NCBI RefSeq assembly: GCF_006345805.1
Contig: NC_042999.1
Span: 137,330,001-137,394,000, forward strand
DNA: 64,000 nucleotides
From: Octopus sinensis
Taxonomy: Eukaryota
Direction of reading: 5' to 3'
Shown: positions 40,556 to 53,082 of the stretch, one piece after another
How positions within the stretch are numbered: the first letter of the stretch is position 1
How the letters are laid out: each line of letters begins with the position of its first letter
Notes under the pieces: model-generated
What the model was told of the DNA's origin: nothing
What the model saw: the letters and a program-made list of their open reading frames with translations, nothing else
The model's database searches: none
Made by a program: the position numbers and the translations under genes

Positions 40556-40970
40556 AAGGTGGCAAGCTGGCAGAAACATTAGCACGCTGGGCGAAATGCT
40601 TAGCGGTATTTCGTTTGTCTTTATGTTCTGAGTTAAAATTCTGCCGAGGTCGACTTTGCATTTCATCCTTTTGGGGTCGATAAATTAAGTACCAGTTGCG
40701 TACTGGGGTCGATCTAATCGACTGGACCCTTCCCCCAAAATTTCAGGCCTTATGTCTAGAGTAGTAAAGATTATTAAATGTTTTAAGGCAGTGGGTTAGC
40801 AGAAATGTTAGCATGCCAGGCGAAATGCTTAGCAGTATTTTGTCTATCTTTACATTCTGAGTTCAAATTCTGCCAAAGTTGACTTTGCTTTTCATCTGGG
40901 GGGGGGGGACGATAAATTAAGTACCAGTTGTGTACTAGCGTCAATATTATTGACTGGCTCTCTCCCCTGA
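40556..40970 (+). mobile_element. Two tandem tRNA-derived SINE copies (40556-40775 and 40786-40970)
   Basis: Both carry GCAGAAA...GGCGAAATGCTTAGC...TTCTGAGTT.AAATTCTGCC...GATAAATTAAGTACCAGTTG. Confidence 0.9.
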
Positions 40971-40995
40971 AATTATTATTATAATTATTATTATC

Positions 40996-41007
40996 AGTAG
41001 CAGTAGT

Positions 41008-41085
<78 letters not shown>
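40996..41085. repeat. (CAG)/(TAG)n microsatellite
   Basis: Seen directly. Confidence 0.95.
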
Positions 41086-41086
<1 letters not shown>

Positions 41087-42114
41087 AGGGTCTTCAAATA
41101 TATATTTCTGACCTATTTCTAGTTCTCGTGAGATATTGGAAACCTTCCATCGAGTTTCTGCCAATTTTCCTTCTGGTTTTATTTCACTCTTTACTGGAAA
41201 TATTGATTGAAATGGCTAAAGCTTTTATTAACTATTCTAAAAGTACGTCTGTTCAATTACAGCTCTGTTTTATATATCTTGGTCACTTATATGCAAGTAT
41301 GAGCAAATATTTAGGCCAACAGTTATGCTTCCTCATACTCCTTTTTTAATTAAAAGTCACAAATCAAAAATCTCTATTTTTAATCATATTTTTATATCAT
41401 TATCATAATTTGAATTCCATTTTTTTTTCTTAGATTTGCAAAACATGTTGGCTTTCCCTAAAACTACATCTTTCGTTATAAAATAGGCATTCTTTAAAAT
41501 TATATTTTTTAATGCCAACTTCCTATTACATACATATATAAGTACATATATATAAATATATTTCTTTTTTGGGGAATAGTGTACCTTGAAGTACACACAT
41601 AAAGCTATAAGCAATAACATGCAAATATGAGATAGAAAGAGCTGAATGCTGCCTTTAGGACTTGAGTACAAATCTCCTGTAGACATTGAACCTAAGCAAT
41701 GCTTTGAATTTCTCTGTCATGATCTTGTAGTTAGGATGTTACACTCACAATCTTGTGATCAAGGTTTCAATTCCCAGACCAGATGGTGTTTTGTTTTCTT
41801 GAGCAAAAAACTTAATTCCTTGTTGCTCTGCAATCACTTCGACATGATGTAAGCCATAACACACATCTGTACAGACAATGTCATTTTAATGGAGGGAATG
41901 AGCTAAGGTGCAGCACAAATATTTGATTCCTATGTAGCAGAAGTGCAACACCCTGGGCAAGTATCCTCAAATATAGCTCCAGGCTGACCAAAGCCTTGTG
42001 AATGAATTTGGTAAATGAAAACTGAAAGACTGTCATTATATATGTGTGTAAAGACTATCATTAAACATATATCTATGTGTGTGTATTTATATGTTTCTGT
42101 GTGTCTCCCTCTTC

Positions 42115-42182
<68 letters not shown>

Positions 42183-42384
42183 TGACAACTTGTGCTGGTT
42201 TCTTTGCATCCCTGTAACTTAGTGTTCGGCAAAAAAAAACGAAAGAATAAGTGCCATACTTAAGAAAATGAAATATAAATGCTGGGGTCAATTTATTTGA
42301 CTAAAACTCTTCAAGACATTGCCCTTAGTATGGCTGCAGTCCAATGACTGAAACAAGTAAAAGACAATATATTTATCTCATTTA

Positions 42385-42427
<43 letters not shown>

Positions 42428-42436
42428 TAAGTAACA

Positions 42437-42595
42437 ATTTTTTATCAACCTAATGTGGCAGTCCCATTTTGGGAATTTTCTGTGCTGATGAAAAGAAATA
42501 ACCCTGAAACCATATGGTCCACAGATACTGCTTTGTGCTGGGTGGGAGTGCTAACCTCCAAAATGGGACTGCCACATTAGATTGATAAAAAAAAT
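42437..42595 (+). mobile_element. Fold-back element E: ~35-bp inverted repeats bracketing one hammerhead, next to (TA)n
   Basis: TTTTTATCAACCTAATGTGGCAGTCCCATTTTGG (within 42437-42472) vs CCAAAATGGGACTGCCACATTAGATTGATAAAAA (42558-42592). Confidence 0.8.
42479..42525 (+). ncRNA. Minimal type I hammerhead ribozyme with intact catalytic core
   Basis: TCTGTG-CTGATGA-AAAG(AAATAA)CCCT-GAAA-CCATATGG-T-C-CACAGA: 6-bp stem I, canonical CUGAUGA and GAAA, palindromic stem III ACCATATGGT, GUC triplet with cleavage predicted after 42519; stem II has two A.C mismatches. Confidence 0.8.
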
Positions 42596-42604
42596 CACAC
42601 ATGT

Positions 42605-42952
42605 GCGTCATGCAGTCTACCTTTTACTCTGAGCAAGAGGCCCTTTGTCACCAGCAGAGGTAGGAGCTATCTGAACTTTATCCAGATTAATCTTATTCTA
42701 GCAGCTACACTCTCAGGGCATCCACCCCCACTACTGACTTGGTCACCTAGGTAACGGACGCTATCAACTACTTCTAGTTTTTTCCCCTGGCATATGACAG
42801 AAGCTGTTTTCTGCACATTTTCTGTGTTTATTGCCCCTGAGCATTTGTCACACACAAAAACTATCTTTCCAGTTAGCTTTCTTTTGATATTGCTGCACCT
42901 CTTATGTATCCATAGCTTACACTGGGTACATCTTATGGAGTTTCTCCCTACG
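42605..42952 (-). mobile_element. RTE LINE ORF fragment with a PHD-like Cys/His module
   Basis: SIRCTQCKLWIHKRCS...FVCDKC...LEVVDSVRYLGDQVSSGGGC; overlaps the coding part of the 17466 copy. Confidence 0.8.
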
Positions 42953-43614
42953 CTTAACATAGGTGACAACATAACAAACAGCAAACAGGACAGAAACATG
43001 ATACACAGACAATTTGCAGCAGATTTCCTCATCAATCGGTTTCTGGAAAGTCATTATAGCTTCATACCCCTTTAGCAAATCCAGCAAGGTGGTACAAGGG
43101 ACTTAAGCTAAAAGCATTAAGCCTCTGGGAAAAGCAAATGAATGTATACAAGAACAAACCAAGAATGGAAACAAAGAGAAAGAGAGAATTATACACACAC
43201 AACAGAATGCCTTTTGGCTATAGGAGGCACAGAAAATAATAGTACATTACAATTATACAAAGACACACAATATATATATATATACACACACATACGTACA
43301 TTCATACACATACACACAAACATACATACATTCACTCAAAACACATTATACATACTATTGATTAATTAAATACCACAAAATAAATATAGGACAATGGGTA
43401 GCAGAAGTAATAGTGTATCAGACAAAATACCAACTGGTATGAGATTACATGCCACTATGTTCTGCATTCATATCACACTGAAATATGTTTTGGTTTTGTC
43501 CTATAGAAATCACTAAAATATGTATCAATCAAATAATATGATCAATATAAGCAAATATGACCCACCCCGACCTCATGGCCTTAATCCAATAACTGAGACC
43601 AGTCAATGAATAAA

Positions 43615-44005
43615 TCTATATATATAAAGCTGAAGTTGTCTGTGTATGGCAGGTTTGGTAGCCTTCAACTAACACTATCTCCTCCGAGACCCTGTGGCGC
43701 AAGTTGACCAAAATTGAAAGTATGATAGAGGAAGATTTGCTCTTCCTTATGGAGAAGAAAAAAATTCAAATTGGACCATGTTAACACCAAAAATTATTTA
43801 CATCAAAAAGGTGCTTTTTTTCTATGAAAATCACTATTTTTTACGATTTTTTGACTGCTGTGTCGCCATTGTTCAGTGTATTTCAACCAGAAAAATGTTC
43901 ACTTAAAGAGAATAACAAGCTACATAATGCAAAACTTTTACTTTTCAAAAATTTCAATTCTAAAGGGTCGAAAAAAACCCAAGCAACGCCAGGCGATACT
44001 ACTAG
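43615..44005 (+). mobile_element. Non-autonomous Helitron
   Basis: A|TCTATATATATAAAGCTG...CCCAAGCAACGCCAGGCGATACTACTAG|T; ends similar to the 34113 element, interior largely different. Confidence 0.85.
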
Positions 44006-46189
44006 TACTAGATAAATGTTAAGTTTTAAAAAATTGTATATGTGGCTTCTTTTTTCTAAATTCTGAGTTCAAATTTCACTGAGTTCCATTTGGTGTTTTG
44101 TGCTTCAGAGACCTAAAGAAGAATCAGTAATATACTGAGGACTCTTTTATTTTTGAATCAACCAACTATATCCCCTCTCTGACAAAATATTCACTATATG
44201 CCTTGTCAAAACAGATTTACAAGAAGCACAGGTTATTTCTGGTTCATTATTCGACATGATAACTTTTTTACAAATCCTTTTTAATTTATCATCCTCGCCA
44301 TCCTCCTCCTCTGCCTCATCTTCTTCATCATCATCATCGTCATCGTCGTCGTCGTCATCGTAGTCGTCATCATCATCATCACCATCATCACCATTATCAA
44401 AAATAACAGCCGCAGCAGTATGGTTGACAAATCAGCCTTTAATCATAAACTATTTTGGAAACGTCTATGTGGTTATTTTCCTCCAAGAAACAACAGCCAA
44501 ATCTCCCACAAATTATACCCCGCCTACTGTCATTAAATCAAAAGATGCATTTAATATTTTATAATGTATCCCTAGATAATTCTACAAAGACAGGATGGTC
44601 ACTGTTGGAACATTTTTGATCATAGGTTTACTCTGTCAACATTGATATGGGGCTAAACAATGATTAGTTGAGCCAACAAAGAAATCTTTATGCGGTTGTT
44701 CAACTTCGTAGAAATAGCAGCTAAATCTCTGTCTTAAGATTAAAAAGGAAAGGTGTTTGGATAATGTTGTCCTTGGTAGCAAGCTGGCAGATATTAGAGC
44801 ATTAGATAGGCTGTCCTATGGTATTCATTGCAGTCCTCCACACTTGAAATTCAAATTCCACCAAGGTGAACTTCGCCCTTTCATTGTTTCAAGGTTTATA
44901 AATAAAACATCAGTCCAGCACCAGGAGTTGATTCTTTTCTCACTTTCTCTCTCAGAAAAATCAGCCAAGTTCATATCTGAAGAGGGATAGACTTAATCTA
45001 ATTTAAAATACCCAAGAGACACAAATATTATGATGATGCCCTAAACTTCCTTAGGAGTTGAGGGCCTAAAGAATGAAGATACATTGTGAGAGAAAAAATT
45101 AGATGTGATGGTCATAGTTGGAATACTTTTGATCATAGGTCTTGCTCAGGGCTAAACAACAGCAACATCCTACATTAGTTACTAATGCCATTCAAACCAA
45201 TAAGGGGTCCTTTGCATGGTTACTCAACCAACAAAAAATTGCAGCCAAATCTCTCTCAAATCATAGAACTCTACATTCTTAAGTAAGGAGAACTACATTA
45301 AATTGTCCATCGTTACATACCTTTAAAATGATGGGATGGTGATAGCTAGAATGCTTTTGATCATTGGTATTCTCAGTCAGGGTTTGCCTAAGGTTAAATA
45401 ACAACTAGACTCAGTTCTGTGTTATTCTATCTGTGAATTTCTAACATACAAGCAATTGAAATGGGTTTCCTCCAAAGGAAATATGGAATAACATTATTTG
45501 ACAGGATGCATAACTTGTAGATCAGCGAGTCTCTCCAGGTCAAGCCGTTGCTTCCCTGCATTGAGAGGTCACAGCTCCAGTGCAATGAACACGTGATTAA
45601 AATGTCACAGGAAAAAATTGCAAGAAAGCTTCTTCAAGCTGAGCCAATCAGCAGGAGACCTAGGGGTAGACCAAGAATGAGATAGTTGGATAATAATCCG
45701 TAATCTCTGTTGGTCGTGCTTGGGAATCTAGCTGGATGTGAAAATGATGATTGCTTCTGATAGGATCCTATGGAAGAAGTGCATGAGACCTCTACTACAA
45801 CAATTCTCCAGGGAATAGTGAGAGGAGAAGGTGAATGAATGAATGGAAGTTTCATCATCTTGAATTCTGACCTCACCAGTTCTTCCTGCGACTTCCTTGG
45901 TCATTCTCTGTCAAAGATATCATCTACTGACTGTGCACAGCAGTAATTTTTCATCCCCAGAGAACAGTGTAATTGATGGAAGTGAGAGAGTGAGAGAGAG
46001 AAGTGTACTGGGAATGTTTGAGTCAAAATGTGTTATGTAACTAGCTACTTCTGAAAAGTAGAGGACATTGAAGTAATGGTAGGAAAGGCAGATCAAGGAG
46101 ATAACATGTCTATGGAGCCAGAGGTTGATTTGAAGGAATTTGGTAGCTGTTTCTAAGCAGGCTGAATAACCACACATAGAAGTCTCCTC

Positions 46190-46236
<47 letters not shown>

Positions 46237-46514
46237 AGAGAGTACCATAGAAAGCAAAAGGTTCTGATCTGATTGTTGTTGCCATATGCTGTTCTATTTT
46301 TAAATACTATTGAATGTGACTTGTGAGATATTTGGCTGCTATTTCTAATAGGTTAAGTGATTACCAAGAGGCATCGCATTGGCTCATTCTGATTTGGTTT
46401 TGATTCCTGGTGGTTAGCCAATTCACTTAACTTACAATTTACTTTGATTCCAATTCACTTAACTTACAATACTAATCTTCTCTGGAAACTGTCAACTGCC
46501 ACCTCAACACCTTC

Positions 46515-46640
46515 ACCACTACCACCACCACCACCACCACCACCACCATGTCACTGCCACCACTACCACCACCACTACACCACCACTACTACCACCACCA
46601 CCACCGCCACCACTACCACCACCACTGCCACCACTACCAT
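46515..46640. repeat. (CAC)n microsatellite
   Basis: Seen directly. Confidence 0.9.
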
Positions 46641-46791
46641 TCAATACATAAGGGAAACTTATTTTATCTGCCTCTTCTCCAACTCCAAGAAGGAATACTA
46701 AATCTAAATCTATCCTGTTGACATTTGAACTCTAAATGTATAGAGAACTGAATTAAATACATTTACACAGTGCTGTTTCAAACCATATCAT

Positions 46792-46843
46792 TAATATATT
46801 GATTTCCCTAATGATTTTCATCGTTAGGGAAATCAATATATTA
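46792..46843. other. Isolated 24-bp hairpin with 4-nt loop
   Basis: TAATATATTGATTTCCCTAATGAT-TTTC-ATCGTTAGGGAAATCAATATATTA, one G.U pair. Confidence 0.85.
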
Positions 46844-46876
46844 TTGAACTATTTGTTTAGAAAATATCAAAGGAGT

Positions 46877-46913
<37 letters not shown>

Positions 46914-48344
46914 TGTGCGTGTGTGTGCAACAGAGAGAGAAGAGAGAGTGGAGGGGGAGAAAGGTTCCCAGGCAGAAAATCTAGCAACTCCTTTTTTTTT
47001 ATTCTCAGTTGTAAACAATTAATGTTACATTATTTATGCTTTTAGGTGAAAGGCATCATTATCACACAACCTCATTTTCTCTCCCCACCCCCTGATATGT
47101 CTTTTGTAGAAATTGATAGTGTCAGATTATTGTCCCACAGGTTTTGAGTTCAGACCATGGGATATATTTCATATAGCATATTTACATGTTACTGGTAGGT
47201 CACAAATCATCTGGGAGTATTATGTGAGATAGACTAGAATCCATTCAAGGGAGATGTCTATCTCTCTTCTGATTCAAGCCCCTAGGATTTTTTATTGGTT
47301 TTCATTGGAGAAAGGTCTCTTTTACTATTTCATATCAATTTTTCCAAGCTTGCATGTGTTGTAGACTATAACTGTTTGATGCTTTTCTTTCTACTCAAAT
47401 GTGAAGTGGTTTATTGAATTTCTTTCATAACTACTCAACCACTGAGTAGGGATGGGAAGTAATAGTAAAGGCCGGACAATTCAAAAGAGGAGAAGATAAA
47501 CAAATACAAGAACCTGACTGACTATTATCTGTTTGTGCTGGTTGCCATTGAGACTTCAGGTTTCTTGGATCTTGCACTACTGGTTTCCACTTCAAAATCA
47601 GGATAACTGTGGCTCATCTGAGAAATGAGCCCCATGAGGTGGACTAGCTGTTGCAACAAGTGTTGCTACTCATTCTCCACAGCAATGCCTTTACAATAAC
47701 ATCCATGAGGTTTGGCTGAACTCGTCATTTGTTTTGGGGTGTACAACTCATTACTCTCACCCACTCTCCCCACTTCTGTAGTGTAATTCCACCTTTTTTT
47801 CTTTATCGTTGTTTCCTTGGTGAGGTAGTTATGTGTTGTTGCCTTTTCTCAATAATTTGATCTTTTATACTTCTAATATTTTTTTCTGTAAAAATATGTT
47901 GTCAATAAAATTATTTTCAAAAGCTGGTTTTTGGCAAAAAAAAATTCAAAAATTCAAAAGAGTGATTAAGATCTAAGGATGAGTAATTGTAATGATGGGA
48001 ACATAAGATAGATGCTACACTCCAGATGTCTTGACTAAAGTAGAGGATTTATTATGGGGACCCCTACACATAGCCATTACCACAAAAACTAAATTGCATG
48101 TCTTCAGCTGTAATGTGAAATCCATCCTTCTCTATAGATTAAGGACTTTTTTCAGTTATACTCAGGACTCTGACCTTCCTGTCTCATGGTAAGCATGTCT
48201 GTGTGCAAAAGCTCTTACTTTGCAAATACATAGTTTCAAGTTTGATCCCATGGCATGTCATAAGTGTACCATAGTGAAAGCATATGGTTTAGTGGTTGGG
48301 ATATTTGGCATATGATCATAGGGTGATGCACCTTTGTGAAGGCA

Positions 48345-48655
48345 CATTGTTCAATGGTTAAATGTCAGCCTCACAATCATAAGGTTGTGAGTTCAATTCC
48401 CGGACTGGGCTGTGTGTTGTGTTCTTTAGCAAGACACTTTATTTCACAATGCTCCAGTTCACTCAGCTGTAGAAATGAGTTGGGACATCACTAGTGTCAA
48501 GTTGTATTGGCATTTTCCTTTCTCTTGGATAACATCAGTGACGTGGACAGGGGATGCTGGTATGCATGGGCAACTGCTGGTCTTCCACAAACAACCTTGC
48601 CCAGACTTGTGCCTCGGAGGGTAACTTTCTAGGTGCAATCCCATGGTCATTTATG
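48345..48655 (+). mobile_element. tRNA-derived SINE nested in an older related SINE
   Basis: B-box GAGTTCAATTCC; TGTGTTGTGTTCTTTAGCAAGACACTTTATTTCA motif repeated in the host element near 48680. Confidence 0.65.
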
Positions 48656-49532
48656 ATGTTCAATTACCAGCAACACATTGTGTCCTTCAGCAAGACACTT
48701 TATTTCATATTGCTCAAGTCCACTCGGTAGGCAAAAATGAGTAGTACATGTATTTCAAAGGGCCAGCCTTATCATTTTCTGTTACACAATGAATCTCCTA
48801 GAGAACTATATTGAGAATAAGCATGCCTGTGAAGTGCTCAGCCACTTACACATTAATTTCATGAGCAGGCTATTCCGTTGATTGGATCTACTGGAACCCT
48901 CATCATTGTAACCAAGAGAGTTCCAGTTCTACCATTATCTCAGACTGACCAAATATTTTTGACTGAAATTTAATTAACAGAGAGAACTCTCTTTTTCCTT
49001 GGCTAGGTTTACTACCACCACCTGACCCTCAAATTCCATTAGCAGAGTACACTGCATTGTAAGCATTTGAGACAGGTTCCTAAATTGAGGCTAACTTCCT
49101 CCCCCTTTCAGTCTTAGAGACACTGAGAAGCTTATGGGCACCGCCTCCATCCTTTGACTAAATCAATAAAAGAAGTGAAAAAATGTTTGCTCAGTAAACA
49201 TAAGAGGAAAGGTTTCATTCCTGTCATAGGATCTATTGTTAGTACTTTTTATTCTTGCTGTTTTATGTTGTTTATAGTAGATTCTCTATTGATCTACATT
49301 ATATTATTATTTAATGTAGTCATGGGTACCTCTTTTGAAAAAGGATAGGATATGATTTAGAGGATATTTCACTGCTATTTCTAGCAGTTCAAATCACCAC
49401 AGAGAAGCCCTTTTAGTGGCTTGAAATTTACTGAATTTGTTGTTGTTGATGAGATTCAAATCAGAGTAATGAGCAGGCCAAATAACAAAAACCTCTAGCC
49501 ACAACCAATTCATTTTTGATTTTCAGACATAG

Positions 49533-49748
49533 TGGAGGCGCAATGGCCTAGTGGTTAGGGCAGCGGACTTGCGGTCGGAGGATCGCGGTTTCGATTCCCA
49601 GACCAGGCGTTGTGTGTGTTTATTGAGCGAAAAAAACACCTAAAAGCTCCACGAGGCTCCGGCAGGAGGTGGTGATCCCTGCTGTACTCTTTCACCACTC
49701 TAAAGGCGGTGCTCCAGCATGGCCGCAGTCAAATGACTGAAACAAGTA
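49533..49748 (+). mobile_element. Young tRNA-derived SINE with a chimeric 3' end
   Basis: A-box TGGCCTAGTGG, B-box GTTTCGATTCC, CpG-rich; tail GCGGTGCTCCAGCATGGCCGCAGTCAAATGACTGAAACAAGTA belongs to the other SINE family (compare about 42320-42360). Confidence 0.8.
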
Positions 49749-50262
49749 CAAATTTTTAATTTTTATTTTTATAGTATTTCAATGTCTTTGATATTTTAAA
49801 ACAGTAGGTGTGATTTGAAAGATTTTTGGCTGCTATTTCTGGCATTTCAAGTGACCTGTAAAGGTTCCTTGTTGCTGACTCAAAAATTTGCTTTGAAATT
49901 TGCTTGACAAAACAAAGACGTATATATATATTTATTATTTTTTTATTTTGTTAAATTACATTTAAATATATGAACAGTACTTCAGAATACATGTTTATAT
50001 TCAGCTTGTTGCAACAAGTTTCATAATTGTCTTAAAACAAAAACCAGTTTGTTTCTCATTGAAAGCCATTGTTGATTTTGTAATTGTCACTGCTGTTGTT
50101 GTTGTTGTTGTTGCTGCTGCTGTAATATTTGTTCTAGTTGTTGTTGTGTGAAGTGTCTAGTCTAGCTAAACACACCAAAAAAATAATACATACTGTACAA
50201 ATGACTACATTGAAACAAGTTTCTTCTTGTGACTAATTTCAGTAGATTTGTATGTAGTAGAT

Positions 50263-50580
50263 GTGGTGGTGGTGGTGATGGTGGTGGTTTTGGTGGTGGT
50301 GGTGGTGGTGGAATTGGTGGTGGTGGTGGTGGTGGTGGTGGTGGTTTTGATGGTGGTGGTGGTGGTGGTGGTGATGGTTTTGGTGGTGGTAGTGATGGTT
50401 TTGGTGGTGGTGATGGTTTTGGCGATGATGTTGGTGACGGTGGTGGTGGTGGTGGTGGTGGTGGTAGCTGTCATTATTGTCATCGTTTTCATTGTTGCTA
50501 CCATCATCATCATCATTACTATTATTATCATTGTCCCCAAACATGATGATGGTGGTGGTGGTGGTGGTGGTATCATCATG
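50263..50580. repeat. (GGT)n/(CAT)n microsatellite block
   Basis: Seen directly. Confidence 0.95.
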
Positions 50581-52659
50581 GTAATTGTAATAGTGATTAT
50601 GAAGTTGGTGATTGCAATAAGGTAGAGGGGTTATGGGCGGAAATAAAAAAGAAAATAATTTCCAATAATGATAAAAAAAAAAGGGCAAATTAGCTATTTG
50701 TCTTGTGCACTGATATGATATTATTTGTCAATTATTTAATCTTTTATAATAAATGTTCTATTGCCATGGAAGTTAGTACTGCTGTCTTTATCCCCCAAAA
50801 TTTAGTACATATTCTTAAAAGTTAGGTGTACTAAGGAAATATAAAAAAGTATTGTTCTAATCTGAAACAGTGAGATGCTTGTAGTGGATTTGTTCAATAA
50901 TTTATATACATTACATTACTTTATGGTGATGATGGTAATCCATCCATCCAGATATCCATCTGCATGTACATCCATCCATTCACACATACACACATGCATA
51001 CATCCAATACCCAAAATACACTTTTAGTTTCATACCTATTATCATTCAAGCAGCAAGAGACATACTAAACCTGGCTGGAGCAAAGTATGGTTGAACTTGG
51101 GTTCTTGGGAAGGAATGTGACTCATTAATTCATTTGCTGAAAAGGATCACAATATCTGGGGCAGTAAAAATCTTCATGACCTTCTTAAGATTTAAAAGAG
51201 AATGAATAAAACAAGATAGTTTCCTTCACAACCTTGCTACCAAACAGGTAACCAGTCAAAAACTAATGTTAAATTACAAAAGGAAAAGAATACATACATA
51301 CATACATACATACATACATACATACATACATACATACATACATACAAACATACATACATACATACATACTACAGATCCAAGCCATCACTAGAACTGTAAA
51401 AACCTGTAAAACTTTCGAGTTTATCATTTAAGTTATATGAACATGTCTAAATCTACATACAAAAACAAAACATACAAATTTGCACATACATGCATGCACA
51501 CGCACACACACATACCCAGCTGATGTTGTTGAAATTCCATTGAAGGAACCTTGGATCTAGGTTAGAAACCAACTCTTTCTCTATTGACAAGAAATCTTGA
51601 AATAAAACTGAATAAAGGCATACATACATACACACATACATATATACATGTATGCATGTATATATGTTGCAATGACTGAAACAGGTACTAAAATGCTCTT
51701 CATGATTAAATTATTTGAGCATTTTCTACTTTGTCTTATATATATATATATATATATATAATGACTGTCAGCTCATGAAACAGTATGACCACCACTGAGA
51801 AATAATCTTATCTAACATGTTTAAGACAATGATGATCAGCAATACCCGTGCTGAAAATTAAAGTCAATAATTCAATAACAGCTTGCACAACACCACTAAG
51901 ACTTTTATTTACAAAGCCATGTTGTTTGGAAACAAGCATAAGCAAGATCTCCAGCTTTCCAATGGTGTTGAAATTATTTTGGAATTTCTTGCTTTGTGAG
52001 CTGTCTAAACAAAGACTAGGGATCTCTCATTTCCAGCTGTTGGATGGTCATTGACTCTACTGAGTTTGTCCTTTAACAGGCTTTGTTTTTCATACTACAA
52101 GGTGTCCATCAAATCCCTTATCTACTTACCAAGCAGACTTGCCAGGTTGCCAATTTAGTATCCAACAGTCCAACCAAGTTGTGCTGGGTTACATGTTACC
52201 AATACCACTAAGAGTGAATTGTAACCCAATACAACTTGGTTGGACTGTATATATATGCATATGTACATACATTCGGGCTTATATGCATGCATACATATCA
52301 TATATACATATTTTCATTTGTACCTATGATCATAGGTGCATTTGGTTATGTAACAACAGGTTTGCATACAAACCAAGAAATGCAGGATTTCACCAACAAA
52401 GAATAAAGCAAACTAATTCACTTTCTCCAAATATGATTGATTAAAGAGATTGTGAGAATTGTTAAAACATTCCAAGGATTCTCCATCTGAGTTTCTTAGG
52501 TTGAACATAATCACAACAACATACAACATACATATCTATGCATGTACATTAACAACAATGAATGACACACACGTGTGCTAAAGTAACATTCAGATACATT
52601 GCATGCGTGCAAGCTTATTTACACATGCACCTACATATATGCACGCACCTTCTCATATA

Positions 52660-52695
<36 letters not shown>

Positions 52696-52965
52696 TGTAT
52701 GTATGTATGTATGTATGTATGTATGTATGTGTGTGTGCATCTATGTATATATATATATATAAAATTACAATTCACCATGTGGGAATAATCGAAATTCTTC
52801 TCCTCCCTTTTTCTTATTATATATATGTGTATATATTCTCAAAGCCCAGGAACTGTCTTAACTTCAAAGAGCTTTGTCACTTTGTTAGTGAGTGGTTTGA
52901 ATTCTTCAAAAGAAGAACTTAAATATCTCAAAGAAAAACATACATACTTGCACACGAATGCATAC

Positions 52966-52996
<31 letters not shown>

Positions 52997-53049
52997 TACT
53001 TACACACACACACGTGCACACACACACACATACTTACACACACACACGT

Positions 53050-53082
<33 letters not shown>

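Noticed and set aside
45480-46190. Possible old CR1/L2-like LINE remnant (similar texture at 47100-47780, 58860-59400 and 61970-62520)
   Set aside because: Only compositional hints; no motif I can support
49540-49610. tRNA-like sequence with A and B boxes
   Set aside because: No proper acceptor stem and it continues into a SINE body; it is a SINE head, not a tRNA gene
50205-50688. Poly-His, poly-Thr, poly-Gly and poly-Val ORFs
   Set aside because: Translations of (GGT)n/(CAT)n microsatellites
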